DNA from: an uncultured Thermoleophilia bacterium
GTDB lineage: Bacteria; Actinomycetota; Thermoleophilia; UBA2241
DNA: 64,000 nt
Direction: 5' to 3'
NCBI GenBank assembly: GCA_963747935.1
Contig: CAVVGY010000009.1
Location: 72,752-136,751, forward strand
The notes below the pieces were generated by a model, which saw nothing but the letters and a program-made list of their open reading frames with translations, did no database searches and had not been told where the DNA came from. Positions within the stretch are counted from its first letter, which is position 1, and every line of letters begins with the position of its first letter. Shown piece by piece: positions 47,470-56,137 of the stretch. Both the position numbers and the translations under genes were made by a program.

Positions 47470-49146
47470 ATGAGAGCGGCGAAAGCTGCCGCGGAGAGCG
47501 CGACCATCACGCTCGGGCATTCCCCAGAAGAAGTCACGTCGGAAGCAGTCACGTCGGGACGCATGAGGACCGCGTTCGGATTCGCGGTCGTCGGAGCCAC
47601 CGGCATCTTCGTGAACCAAGTGGCACTGTGGCTGCAGGTCCGCTACCTGGGCGTCAACTACGCCGTCGCCGCGATCGTGGCGACGCAGGCCTCCACCACC
47701 TGGAACTTCTCGCTCAACGAGCTCCTCGTGTTCCGCGGGCGGGACGCAAAGCACGGACTGGCCGGTAGGTTCCTCGCCTTCTGGGCGGTCAACACCGGGA
47801 CGCTGCTCCTGCGTGTCCCCACGCTCGCCCTGCTCGTCTCGGTGCTGCGCATCCACTACCTCATCGCCAACCTCATCACGCTGATCGCGCTGTTCGTCGC
47901 GCGGTTCGTGGTCAGCGACCAGCTGATCTGGCGTCAGTCCGCGCCCCGGCAGGACGGCGCCGGTGCACCCGCTGGCACGGCCTCCGATGCGGGCGGGAGC
48001 TTCGCAACAGGCCAGGCTGGACGGAGCTGGAAACGCGGCTTCGCCCACACCTACGACATCCACGGGTTCGCTTCGATCGCATCAGACGTCCCGCTGCCGG
48101 AACTGAAGTACTTCCGCGACGCCTCCGTGGACGGCGGGGCCGACATCGAGATCCGCGTGGGCGACATCCTCAGTGGGCCGCGGCGCCGTATCGAGATCAC
48201 GGAGACCCCCGGCGTGATGTTGTACCAGGAGCACCTCGGCCGTCTGGGCGCCAACTTCCGCGTCGAGATCTTCGACAAGCTGAAAGTGACCGTCACCCCG
48301 CTCCTGGCCCACTCCCCACACGTCGTCTACACCAACATCGTGGAGGCGCTCCTGCGCTTCGTCCTCGCTTCTCGGGACTACGCCCTGCTCCACTCTGCCA
48401 CCGTGGTCATCGACGGCCAGGGCGTCATGCTGTCGGCGCACACCGACACAGGAAAGACCGCGACCATCCTGCGCATGCTGCGGGAGCACGGCGGCACCTT
48501 TCTCTCTGACGACATGACCATCGTGACGGGAGACGGCCCCGTCTACTCGTATCCCAAGCCACTGACGATCAGCCACCACACGCTGGCGGCCATCGACGGT
48601 GCGCTGCCCTCGCTGACGGAACGCACGCAGTTGGCCCTCAAGAGCAGGCTCCACTCGAAGGGCGGCCGGTCGACGGGGCTGCGGCTCTCGCGGATGAACC
48701 TGCCGATCATGTCCATGAACGCCGTGACGCAGGCGCTGGTCCCACCGCCCAAGTACCAGGTGTACGACCTGGTCCCGTGCGAGATCGGGGCCACGGCGAG
48801 GGTGCGCCACCTGGTGCTCATCGCCCGCGGTCCCCGCAAAGACGAGTCCGTGAACACCGACGAAGCCCTGGCGCAGCTCATCGAGAACACCGACGACGCC
48901 TACGGCTTCCCGCCGTTCCGCCAGCTCGCTCCCTTCGTCCAGCTCGGCGGCGAGACCTACCCGAAGCTGCGCAAGAAGGAGCGGGCCATCATCGAGAGCA
49001 TGCTGCTCAGCGGCGTGAGGGTGCGGCGCATGGTGCGCGACGACTTCTCATGGGCGGACGACATCCCCGCCTACGTGCGCAGCCACGAGGGCGTGCCTGA
49101 CCTGGCCGACTTCCGCCGCGAGGTCCCGGAACGCAGGGCGGCGTGA
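47470..49146 (+). CDS. fusion protein: N-terminal GtrA-like 4-TM domain + C-terminal HPr-kinase-like P-loop domain
   Basis: ATG 47470 lies 8 nt after GGGAGG. The GtrA-like part reads FGFAVVGATGIFVNQVALWL...WNFSLNELLVF...FVARFVVSDQLIW. The C-terminal part contains LLHSATVVIDGQGVMLSAHTDTGKTATILRMLREHGGTFLSDDMTIV, which is colinear with the HprK nucleotide-binding core (Walker A A-x4-GKT). Confidence 0.6.
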   Translation: MRAAKAAAESATITLGHSPEEVTSEAVTSGRMRTAFGFAVVGATGIFVNQVALWLQVRYLGVNYAVAAIVATQASTTWNFSLNELLVFRGRDAKHGLAGRFLAFWAVNTGTLLLRVPTLALLVSVLRIHYLIANLITLIALFVARFVVSDQLIWRQSAPRQDGAGAPAGTASDAGGSFATGQAGRSWKRGFAHTYDIHGFASIASDVPLPELKYFRDASVDGGADIEIRVGDILSGPRRRIEITETPGVMLYQEHLGRLGANFRVEIFDKLKVTVTPLLAHSPHVVYTNIVEALLRFVLASRDYALLHSATVVIDGQGVMLSAHTDTGKTATILRMLREHGGTFLSDDMTIVTGDGPVYSYPKPLTISHHTLAAIDGALPSLTERTQLALKSRLHSKGGRSTGLRLSRMNLPIMSMNAVTQALVPPPKYQVYDLVPCEIGATARVRHLVLIARGPRKDESVNTDEALAQLIENTDDAYGFPPFRQLAPFVQLGGETYPKLRKKERAIIESMLLSGVRVRRMVRDDFSWADDIPAYVRSHEGVPDLADFRREVPERRAA

Positions 49147-50799
49147 ATGAGGTTCTCGTCTGCTGACAGCACCAGCACTCTACCCGAGGCGCTGCGGCGC
49201 GAGGGCCGGCCCGAGCAGGCCCGCCACGCGGCAGAGGCCGCCCCGGCACCTCGAACGACGGGAGCCGGGGCGGGTATCGCCCTCAGCGTCACCGCCCGGC
49301 GTGTCCTGATCGCCGCCGCCGCCGGCACCGCGATCGCGGCGGCGCTCGGCTTGCGACTGTGGCACCTCAACGCGCTCGGGTTCAACAGCGACGAGGCGGC
49401 CTACGCCGGCCAGGCGGCCTCGATCGCCGGAGACCAGCACCTGTCCGGGCTGTTCCCGGTGTTCCGCGCGCATCCTCTCCTCTTTCAGCTCCTGGTCTCG
49501 ATCATCTACCGGGTGCACGTCGGCGAGCTGGGGCCCCGCCTGCTGGCGGTCGGATTCGGGGTCGCGACGGTGGTCGCGGGGTACGCGCTGGGCGCGCGCA
49601 TCTACGGGCGCACGGCCGGCCTCCTGACGGCCCTGTTGCTCGCCGTGATGCCGTACCTGGTCATCGTCAACCGCCAGGCGCTGCTGGACGGACCGATGGT
49701 GTTCTTCTCAGTCATCGCTCTGTGGCTCCTGGCGAAGTTCGTCGCCGAAGAGCGCCCTGCGTTCCTCTACGCCGCCGGCGGGGCCCTGGGGCTCGCGTTC
49801 CTGACCAAGGAGACGGCCATCCTGCTGGTGCCGGCCGTCTACGCGTTCCTCGCCGTGACGCCCAGCGTGCGAGTCAGGCTCAAGGACCTCGCGCTGTCGC
49901 TGGGGTGCTTTGCTCTGGTCGCTCTCCCCTATCCCCTGTCGCTGGCGATAGCCGGAGGGTCGAAGACGGGGCAGCACTTCCTGGTGTGGCAGCTCTTCCG
50001 TCCGGCCAACCACGCCTGGGACTTCTACCTCTCCGTGGTCCCGTCCGCGATGGGCATCCCTCTCGTCGTGCTCGCCGTGGCGGCTCTCGTGATGGTCGCC
50101 CTGGGGCGGACGTGGAGCTGGAGAGAGTCGCTGCTGGTGAGCTGGATCGTCGTCCCGGCGTTCTTCTTCGAACTGTGGCCGGTGAAGGGCTTCCAGTACT
50201 TGCTCCCGGCCGCCGCGCCGGTGGCGGTCATGGCGGCCGGGCTGCTCTCGGGGGCCGCGGCGAGGGGCTTGAAGGGCCTCGGCGACTGGCGGTTCTGGCA
50301 GGCCATGAGGGCCGGCATCGCCGTCGCAGTCATCGTGTCCCTCGGGGTCGTCAGCTGGATCGCCGTCACGACCTCGGGCTCGACCTCGTTCCTCGCCGGG
50401 ACGGGAGGCGTGCCCGGCGGCCGCGAGGCCGGGAACTGGATCCGGACGCACACCCCGCTGGGCGCCGAGTTCTTCTCCATCGGGCCGTCGATGGCCAACA
50501 TCCTGGAGTTCACAGGACAGCGCCGGGTCCTGGCGCTCTCGGTGAGCCCGAACCCCCTGCACCGCAACCCGGCCTACACGCCGGTCCCCAACCCGGACCT
50601 CCTCGTGCGCGGCAGCGAGGTCCAGTACATCGTCTGGGACTCCTACTCGGCCGCGCGCACGACGTACTTCACCCAGCGCCTCCTGACCTTGGTGAGGCGC
50701 TACCACGGGAGGCCCGTCCACGTGCAGACCGTGCCGGTGGAGGCAGGTGGCAGGTCTGTGCAGCGGCCCGTCATCATCATCTACGAGGTGCGGCCATGA
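49147..50799 (+). CDS. GT-C fold glycosyltransferase (PMT_2 / ArnT-like, family 39/83-type)
   Basis: 550 aa, polytopic. It has the first-loop DE motif (LGFNSDEAAYAG), ...RLLAVGFGVATVVAGYALGARIYGRTAGLLTALLLAVMPYLV..., and a soluble C-terminal domain. The ATG abuts the stop of the upstream gene. Confidence 0.8.
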   Translation: MRFSSADSTSTLPEALRREGRPEQARHAAEAAPAPRTTGAGAGIALSVTARRVLIAAAAGTAIAAALGLRLWHLNALGFNSDEAAYAGQAASIAGDQHLSGLFPVFRAHPLLFQLLVSIIYRVHVGELGPRLLAVGFGVATVVAGYALGARIYGRTAGLLTALLLAVMPYLVIVNRQALLDGPMVFFSVIALWLLAKFVAEERPAFLYAAGGALGLAFLTKETAILLVPAVYAFLAVTPSVRVRLKDLALSLGCFALVALPYPLSLAIAGGSKTGQHFLVWQLFRPANHAWDFYLSVVPSAMGIPLVVLAVAALVMVALGRTWSWRESLLVSWIVVPAFFFELWPVKGFQYLLPAAAPVAVMAAGLLSGAAARGLKGLGDWRFWQAMRAGIAVAVIVSLGVVSWIAVTTSGSTSFLAGTGGVPGGREAGNWIRTHTPLGAEFFSIGPSMANILEFTGQRRVLALSVSPNPLHRNPAYTPVPNPDLLVRGSEVQYIVWDSYSAARTTYFTQRLLTLVRRYHGRPVHVQTVPVEAGGRSVQRPVIIIYEVRP

Positions 50800-52172
50800 A
50801 CCGCATCCGCCTCGTCGTCCGCACGGCGCTCGTCATCATCGCGGCCGGCGTCCTGTGTCTGGCTGCCGCGGCGTCGCCCGCGCTCTCGTCCGGCACGGCC
50901 TCTCACGCCCCCCGAACGCCCATCAAGCACTTCGTGGTCGTCATGCAGGAGAACCACACCTTCGACAACTACTTCGGCACGTACCCCGGAGCCAACGGCA
51001 TCCCTGCGGGGACCCGCATGCCCTTGGACACTGCGTCCACGTCGACCGGCTTCGCCACTCCCTTCCACATCGGCGGCTCCGCGGCCACCGACCTCAACCA
51101 CAGCATCGCGTCCGCCGAGATCGCCTTCCACGGCGGCCGTATGGACGGGTTCTCGGCCGCACAGGACGTCGGCGCTCCGGCGCGACAGGTGATGGGCTAC
51201 TACAACGGGAGCGACTTGCCCCTCTACTGGAACATGGCCGACCAGTACGTGCTGTTCGACCGCTTCTTCTCCTCGGCGATGGGAGGCAGCCTCATCAACC
51301 ACTACTACTGGGTAGCCGGGGGCATCGGTGGCGTCCAGGGAAAGACGCTGGCTCGCCCCCTGGACGTGCCGACGATCTTCGACCGGCTGCAGAAGGCCGG
51401 CGTGTCGTGGAAGTTCTACGTGCAGAACTACGACCCGAAGATCAACTACAAGACGGTCCCGCCGACGACCGTCGCGAACTCAGGCTCCCAAGTGGTCTGG
51501 GCGCCCCTGCTCGACATCCCTCGCTTCGTGAACAACCGTCGGTTGGCGTCTCACATCGTCGACCTGAAGCAGTACTTCACCGACCTCCACAACGGGACCC
51601 TTCCGGCCGTCTCGTACATCGTGCCGTCCGGTGCGAGCGAGCATCCGCCGGGGAGCGTCCTGGCAGGCCAGCAGTACGTCAGCGGCCTCGTGAACTCCCT
51701 GATCGCGAGCAGTTCGTGGAGCAGTTCCGCCTTCATGCTGGCCTACGACGACTGGGGCGGGTGGTATGACCACGTCGTGCCGCCGCGACGCGACGCGAAC
51801 GGCGACGGATTCCGCGTGCCCGCCCTGCTGGTCAGCCCCTACGCCCGCCGCCACTTCGTCGACCACACGACGCTCGACTTCACCTCGATGCTCCAATTCA
51901 TCGAGAAGAACTGGAACCTGCGCCCGCTCACGCGCCTCGACGCGACGAGCCAGAGCATCATGGGCGCGTTCGACTTCAAGCAGTCCCCGAGACCGGCGGC
52001 CTTCATCTCGATGTCGCGGTCGGAGGGTCCCGCCGTTCGGACGACCGCGATGCGGGATATCGCGCTCTACTCCCTCTACGGCCTCGGCGCGCTCCTTGCC
52101 GTCGGCTTCATCGTCGTGGCCCGGGCCGCCAGTCGTCGCCCGCTTCGCCGCCCGGACAGGAGCGCAGGCTGA
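50796..52172 (+). CDS. phosphoesterase family protein (phospholipase C / AcpA-type acid phosphatase) with C-terminal TM anchor
   Basis: ATGA overlap with the GT-C gene. Signal peptide, then IKHFVVVMQENHTFDNYFGTYPGANG, ...LAYDDWGGWYDHVVPP...GFRVPALLVSPYARR..., and a terminal hydrophobic helix. Confidence 0.8.
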   Translation: MNRIRLVVRTALVIIAAGVLCLAAAASPALSSGTASHAPRTPIKHFVVVMQENHTFDNYFGTYPGANGIPAGTRMPLDTASTSTGFATPFHIGGSAATDLNHSIASAEIAFHGGRMDGFSAAQDVGAPARQVMGYYNGSDLPLYWNMADQYVLFDRFFSSAMGGSLINHYYWVAGGIGGVQGKTLARPLDVPTIFDRLQKAGVSWKFYVQNYDPKINYKTVPPTTVANSGSQVVWAPLLDIPRFVNNRRLASHIVDLKQYFTDLHNGTLPAVSYIVPSGASEHPPGSVLAGQQYVSGLVNSLIASSSWSSSAFMLAYDDWGGWYDHVVPPRRDANGDGFRVPALLVSPYARRHFVDHTTLDFTSMLQFIEKNWNLRPLTRLDATSQSIMGAFDFKQSPRPAAFISMSRSEGPAVRTTAMRDIALYSLYGLGALLAVGFIVVARAASRRPLRRPDRSAG

Positions 52173-53297
52173 TGGCGCGCCGTCCGCTACTCCTGCGCCG
52201 CGTCGGGCCTTTCGCGCTCGGGATCCTGGCGACGCTGCTCCTGCTGGCCGCGTGGCCGGCACCCTCGCGAGCGGCGCCCGCGGCGACCCTGCAACTGCAG
52301 ACCGTGCCTCGACTTCCTGGTGTGGGTCTGATGCTCGACGGCGTCACCCACCGGACGGACTCGTCGGGTTCGCTCCGGATCCGCACCTTCGCAGGCACGC
52401 ACAGCCTCAAGCTTCTCCCGACCACAGCCCTCCCGGGCGGCAGGATCGCACAGCCCGACGGCTGGCTCGGGCAGCGCGGAGTGCCGCAACAGATCACGCT
52501 GCCGTCCGGCACGACGGTGGAACACGTCTCGTTCATCGTGTCGCGGCCGGTGACGGTGACGGTCACCGACTATTCGGGCCGGCAGATCCCGCAGGGGCAA
52601 GATCGACCGGGTGACCCTCGTCAACAGCCTGGGGCAGCAATTCGTCCTCAGGTCTGGGTCGCCGAGCATCGTGCTCCCCCTCAACGGGGTGATCCACCCG
52701 CGCACGGGCTACGTGTCGGTGCCCCTCCGGTACTCCGTCCGCTCGGTCCTCGTCCGGGGCGGCGAGGTGGTGCACCGCAGCAGCCAGTCCTTTGCCGCCA
52801 GCGCTCCGGAGCCTTGGGTCATCAAGGGCCTGATCTTCCCGCTGCGCATCCAGGTGCGGGATGCGCTGTTCGGCTTCGCGGTCGGACGTTCTGTCGTGCT
52901 CGCACCGCGGTTCGGCACGAAGAGGACGCTGGAGCTCGGCTCGGGACACGACGTGCGCGTCGAAGGCCTGGCCCGAGGGACGTACGACGTCACCGCGCAC
53001 GGCCCCGGCCTCGGCCTCACCTCGGTCACGACGCTCTCGCGACCCCAGGAGGCCAAAGTCCTGCTCTTCTCCTGGGTCGACGTCGGCGTGGTGGGGGCGT
53101 TCGCCCTGGTGTTCCTCGTGGGGCTTCCTCTCGTCGGCGGACGCCTCGCGCGTCGCCCCGGCTCCCGGATGGTGCGGTGGCGGGAACGGCGGGTCCGGGA
53201 GGCGGCGCCCGCGGACGCAGGCGCGCGGGCGCAGGCAGCGCCTCCTCTGGACGCCCGGCGCTCAGCGGACACCCCTCCCCAAAGAAGGGCGTCATGA
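52172..53297 (+). pseudogene. hypothetical secreted, C-terminally anchored beta-sandwich-repeat protein; frame broken once at the GGGG run 52594-52597
   Basis: Signal peptide (LLLLAAWPAPSRAAPA), then ..VTVTVTDYSGRQIPQG in one frame. It continues as KIDRVTLVNSLGQQFVLRSG...RGTYDVTAHGPG...VDVGVVGAFALVFLVGLPLV (TM) in ORF 52611..53297. Removing one G restores a single ORF. Confidence 0.5.
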
Positions 53298-54532
53298 GCC
53301 GCGGGGGGCGTCACCGCCGCGGCCGGCCGCTCTCTCTGGCCACGGGCCTGCTCGTGGTCACGGCCCTCGCGGCCCTCGTCCCGGCGCTGCTCGTCTCCAG
53401 CGCGAAGGCGTCCCCGAGCGGCGGCGCCTCGCCACGGTCCTCCCTCGGCATCACCGGCACCGCGGCACAGCCGATCCCCGTGCTGGCCTACTACTACATC
53501 TGGTACAACCCGAGCTCGTGGAACAGGGCGAAGATGGACTACTCCGCCCTTGGCCGCTACTCCTCGAGTGACGTGGCGGTGATGCGGCAGCAGGTGGAAC
53601 TGGCCAAGAAGGCCGGCATCAGCGGCTTCCTCGTCAGCTGGAAGGACACGCCGGTGCTCGACGCCCGGCTCGCGGCGCTGGTCAAGGTGTGCGCCGCCGC
53701 GCACTTCAAGCTCGGCATCGTCTTCGAGGGCCTCGACTTCCACAGGGCCCCGATCCCGATGGCAGAGGTCCAGAACAGCTTCAGCTACTTCACCCAGCAG
53801 TACGCCGGCTCGCCGGTGTTCGACTGGTCCGGCAAGCCGATCGTCATCTGGGCGGGCACGTGGGGCTACACGAGCAGCCAGCTCGCGTCCATCACCAACG
53901 CCTACAGGCCCCGGTTGACGATCCTGGCGTCAGAGAAGCAGGTCAGCTCGTACGACGCCATCGCCCCGCTCTTCGACGGCAACGCGTACTACTGGTCGTC
54001 GGTCGACCCGCTCCACACGCCGAGCTATCAGAGCAAGATGGATGCCTTCTCCGCCGCGGTCCACAGCCACGGCGGCCTCTGGATCGCGCCGGCCGCACCG
54101 GGCTTCGATGCGACCCTGCTCGGCGGCACACGGGTCATCCCTCGCCGTGGCGGCCAGACGCTGCGCCTCGAGATGAACGCTGCGCTGGCCTCCTCGCCCG
54201 ACGCCATCGGCCTGATCAGCTGGAACGAGTTCAGCGAGAACTCCGCGGTGGAGCCCAGCCGCATGTACGGCTCCTCCACCCTGAAGACGCTCGCCGCCAT
54301 CCAGCACGCGCATCCCGGGGCCATCCCGAACTTCGACTCGAGCAGCCCGGCAGGGTTCCACGCGGGCGTGAGCCCCTTCGTCATCCTGGGCGCGGTGGTC
54401 TTCATCTTCGCCGGCAGCGCGCTGGCGCTGGCCCGCAGGGAGGGACGCCGGCGCCGAATGACGGCCGGCGCCGGACAGACGCGCGCCGGCCCTGCCCCGA
54501 AGATCCGGAGTGCGTCCCGGAGACCGAGGTAG
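53294..54532 (+). CDS. GH99-like (endo-alpha-mannosidase family-like) protein with signal peptide and C-terminal TM anchor
   Basis: ATGA overlap with the upstream gene. VLAYYYIWYNPSSW...GRYSSSDVAVMRQQVELAKKAGISGFLVSWKD...LISWNEFSENSAVEP is colinear with the GH99 pattern FYYxWY...G.YSS.D..V...H......IGV...SW...NEWHEGT.IE. Confidence 0.55.
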   Translation: MSRGGRHRRGRPLSLATGLLVVTALAALVPALLVSSAKASPSGGASPRSSLGITGTAAQPIPVLAYYYIWYNPSSWNRAKMDYSALGRYSSSDVAVMRQQVELAKKAGISGFLVSWKDTPVLDARLAALVKVCAAAHFKLGIVFEGLDFHRAPIPMAEVQNSFSYFTQQYAGSPVFDWSGKPIVIWAGTWGYTSSQLASITNAYRPRLTILASEKQVSSYDAIAPLFDGNAYYWSSVDPLHTPSYQSKMDAFSAAVHSHGGLWIAPAAPGFDATLLGGTRVIPRRGGQTLRLEMNAALASSPDAIGLISWNEFSENSAVEPSRMYGSSTLKTLAAIQHAHPGAIPNFDSSSPAGFHAGVSPFVILGAVVFIFAGSALALARREGRRRRMTAGAGQTRAGPAPKIRSASRRPR

Positions 54533-54564
54533 GGCCGGCGCGGCGACCTGCGTTCAGCGTGCCG

Positions 54565-56034
54565 TCACGGTGTGGGTGCGAACACGCGAGCCTCGACGAT
54601 CGAAGCGCGTCCGCTGCCCGACCTCAGCCCCTTGACGAGCACACGGATGTAGCGAGCCGACCGGCCTGGCGTCCACTTCTTCCACGCGTGCCCGTCGTTC
54701 GAGCGCTGCACCTGCCACGCATAGGTGCGCGGGGCGCCGGTGGGATCGAAGAACCGGACCTTCACCCGGCTCACGGTCCGCACGCTGCCGAGATCGACTC
54801 TCCACCATTGGGGGAAGGTCGCCCTCGCTGCCGTCCACCGCGTCGCGGTGAGGCCGTCGTTCGCGTATCTCCCGGCGCGCCGGCGGCTCGATGCGCTCGT
54901 CGGGAGCCCTTGGGAGACCAGCACTGACGTCGGGCTCGGACTGGGCGATGGGGTCACCGTCGGTGTCGTCGTGGGCGTCGGGGACGGCGTGACCCCCTCC
55001 GGCGCCTGCTGTGCCACGTCGAAGCTGTCGCCGACTCGCCACACCCAGTCGGTCTCCGAGGTCACGAAGGTATCCGCCTTCAGGTGCCCGGCCGTCGTGA
55101 CCTGGAACCTGGTGAACCCGAACTGCTCGTGCGTGGAGTCAACGGAGCCGATGCGCGACGCGTCGGCGCCCGGCGACGTGTGCGCAGCGTACATCTCATC
55201 TTTGGCCTCGGCTCCACCCATGCCCTGCACGAGGTAGGTCGTGCCGTCAGGCATCAGGTGGCGCACGTAGGCGTGCACGTGGCCCGCCAGGACGAGATCC
55301 ACGCCGTATTTGGCGAAGAGTTGCTCCAGCGCCTGGCGCTCGGCCGGGTGCGTGTCGTAGCCCTCGCCGGGCTTCGGATCGGCGATCGGGTGGTGCATGT
55401 TGACGACCAGGAAGGTGTTGGAGTCGTGCGCGTGAGCGCGGAGTTGCGACACCAGCCAATCGCCCTGCGCGCTGTTGGATGCGCTCCCCTCACCGGCGTA
55501 GCCGACGGTGCCCAGGTGCCCCGTCTCATAGGTCGACAGGTTGAAGACGATGATGCGCGGGTCTGACGCGGTGCCCGCGCCGTGAGTGGACACGTCGTAG
55601 TGAGCGGGATGGATGTTGCTCTCCCAGCCCGCGGCGCCCGCCGCCGACGTCCCTACGGCTTCGTGGTTGCCGACGGCGTAGCTCTTGGGGACGGCACGAG
55701 TGGCGCCCAACGCCGTGAAGAAGTCGGCGTACTTGGCGTCGACCGTCGCCGTCGTGTCGGTCGAGGCGACGTTGACGAGGTCGCCGACGACGACCTCGAA
55801 GGCGTGCGGCTCGGCGGCCATCTTGTCACGCACGTGCTGCCAGCCGGCCGAGTAGGAGGCGTGCAGTGCCTGACTGCCGGGGCGGATGTCGCCCCATGCG
55901 ATGAACGAGTACGCCACCGGGTCGCTCGCGGCCCCCGCTCTTGAAGGCGGGCGATGAAGAGCCCACGCGCCGAACGCGGCGACCAGGAGCGTGAGAAGTG
56001 TGACGAGGGTGAGGGTGAGACGGGTGTGGGACAA
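54565..56034 (-). CDS. secreted metallophosphoesterase with C-terminal F5/8 type C (discoidin)-like domain
   Basis: YSFIAWGDIRPG, VVVGDLVNVA, VGNHE, VVNMHHP and LAGHVHAY motifs, making it a paralogue of 43295..44323. A Thr/Pro/Ser linker leads to ..YANDGLTATRWTAARATFPQWWRVDLG..YIRV. Confidence 0.75.
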   Translation of the reverse strand: MSHTRLTLTLVTLLTLLVAAFGAWALHRPPSRAGAASDPVAYSFIAWGDIRPGSQALHASYSAGWQHVRDKMAAEPHAFEVVVGDLVNVASTDTTATVDAKYADFFTALGATRAVPKSYAVGNHEAVGTSAAGAAGWESNIHPAHYDVSTHGAGTASDPRIIVFNLSTYETGHLGTVGYAGEGSASNSAQGDWLVSQLRAHAHDSNTFLVVNMHHPIADPKPGEGYDTHPAERQALEQLFAKYGVDLVLAGHVHAYVRHLMPDGTTYLVQGMGGAEAKDEMYAAHTSPGADASRIGSVDSTHEQFGFTRFQVTTAGHLKADTFVTSETDWVWRVGDSFDVAQQAPEGVTPSPTPTTTPTVTPSPSPSPTSVLVSQGLPTSASSRRRAGRYANDGLTATRWTAARATFPQWWRVDLGSVRTVSRVKVRFFDPTGAPRTYAWQVQRSNDGHAWKKWTPGRSARYIRVLVKGLRSGSGRASIVEARVFAPTP

Positions 56035-56137
56035 GGTACGTCCCTCCTATGAAGCTGTGGGACAGGATAACGAGTGTCCTACCACTCGATACCCCGCAGG
56101 GTACACGGGCAAGGGACGGAGCGCCACCGAAGAGCTG

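Noticed and set aside
52172-54532. 786-aa ORF as a single protein
   Set aside because: It is a chimera. The real N-terminus of one gene and the whole GH99-like gene (ATG 53294) are joined by out-of-frame Arg/Pro/Gly-rich read-through, and the true middle lies in ORF 52611..53297.
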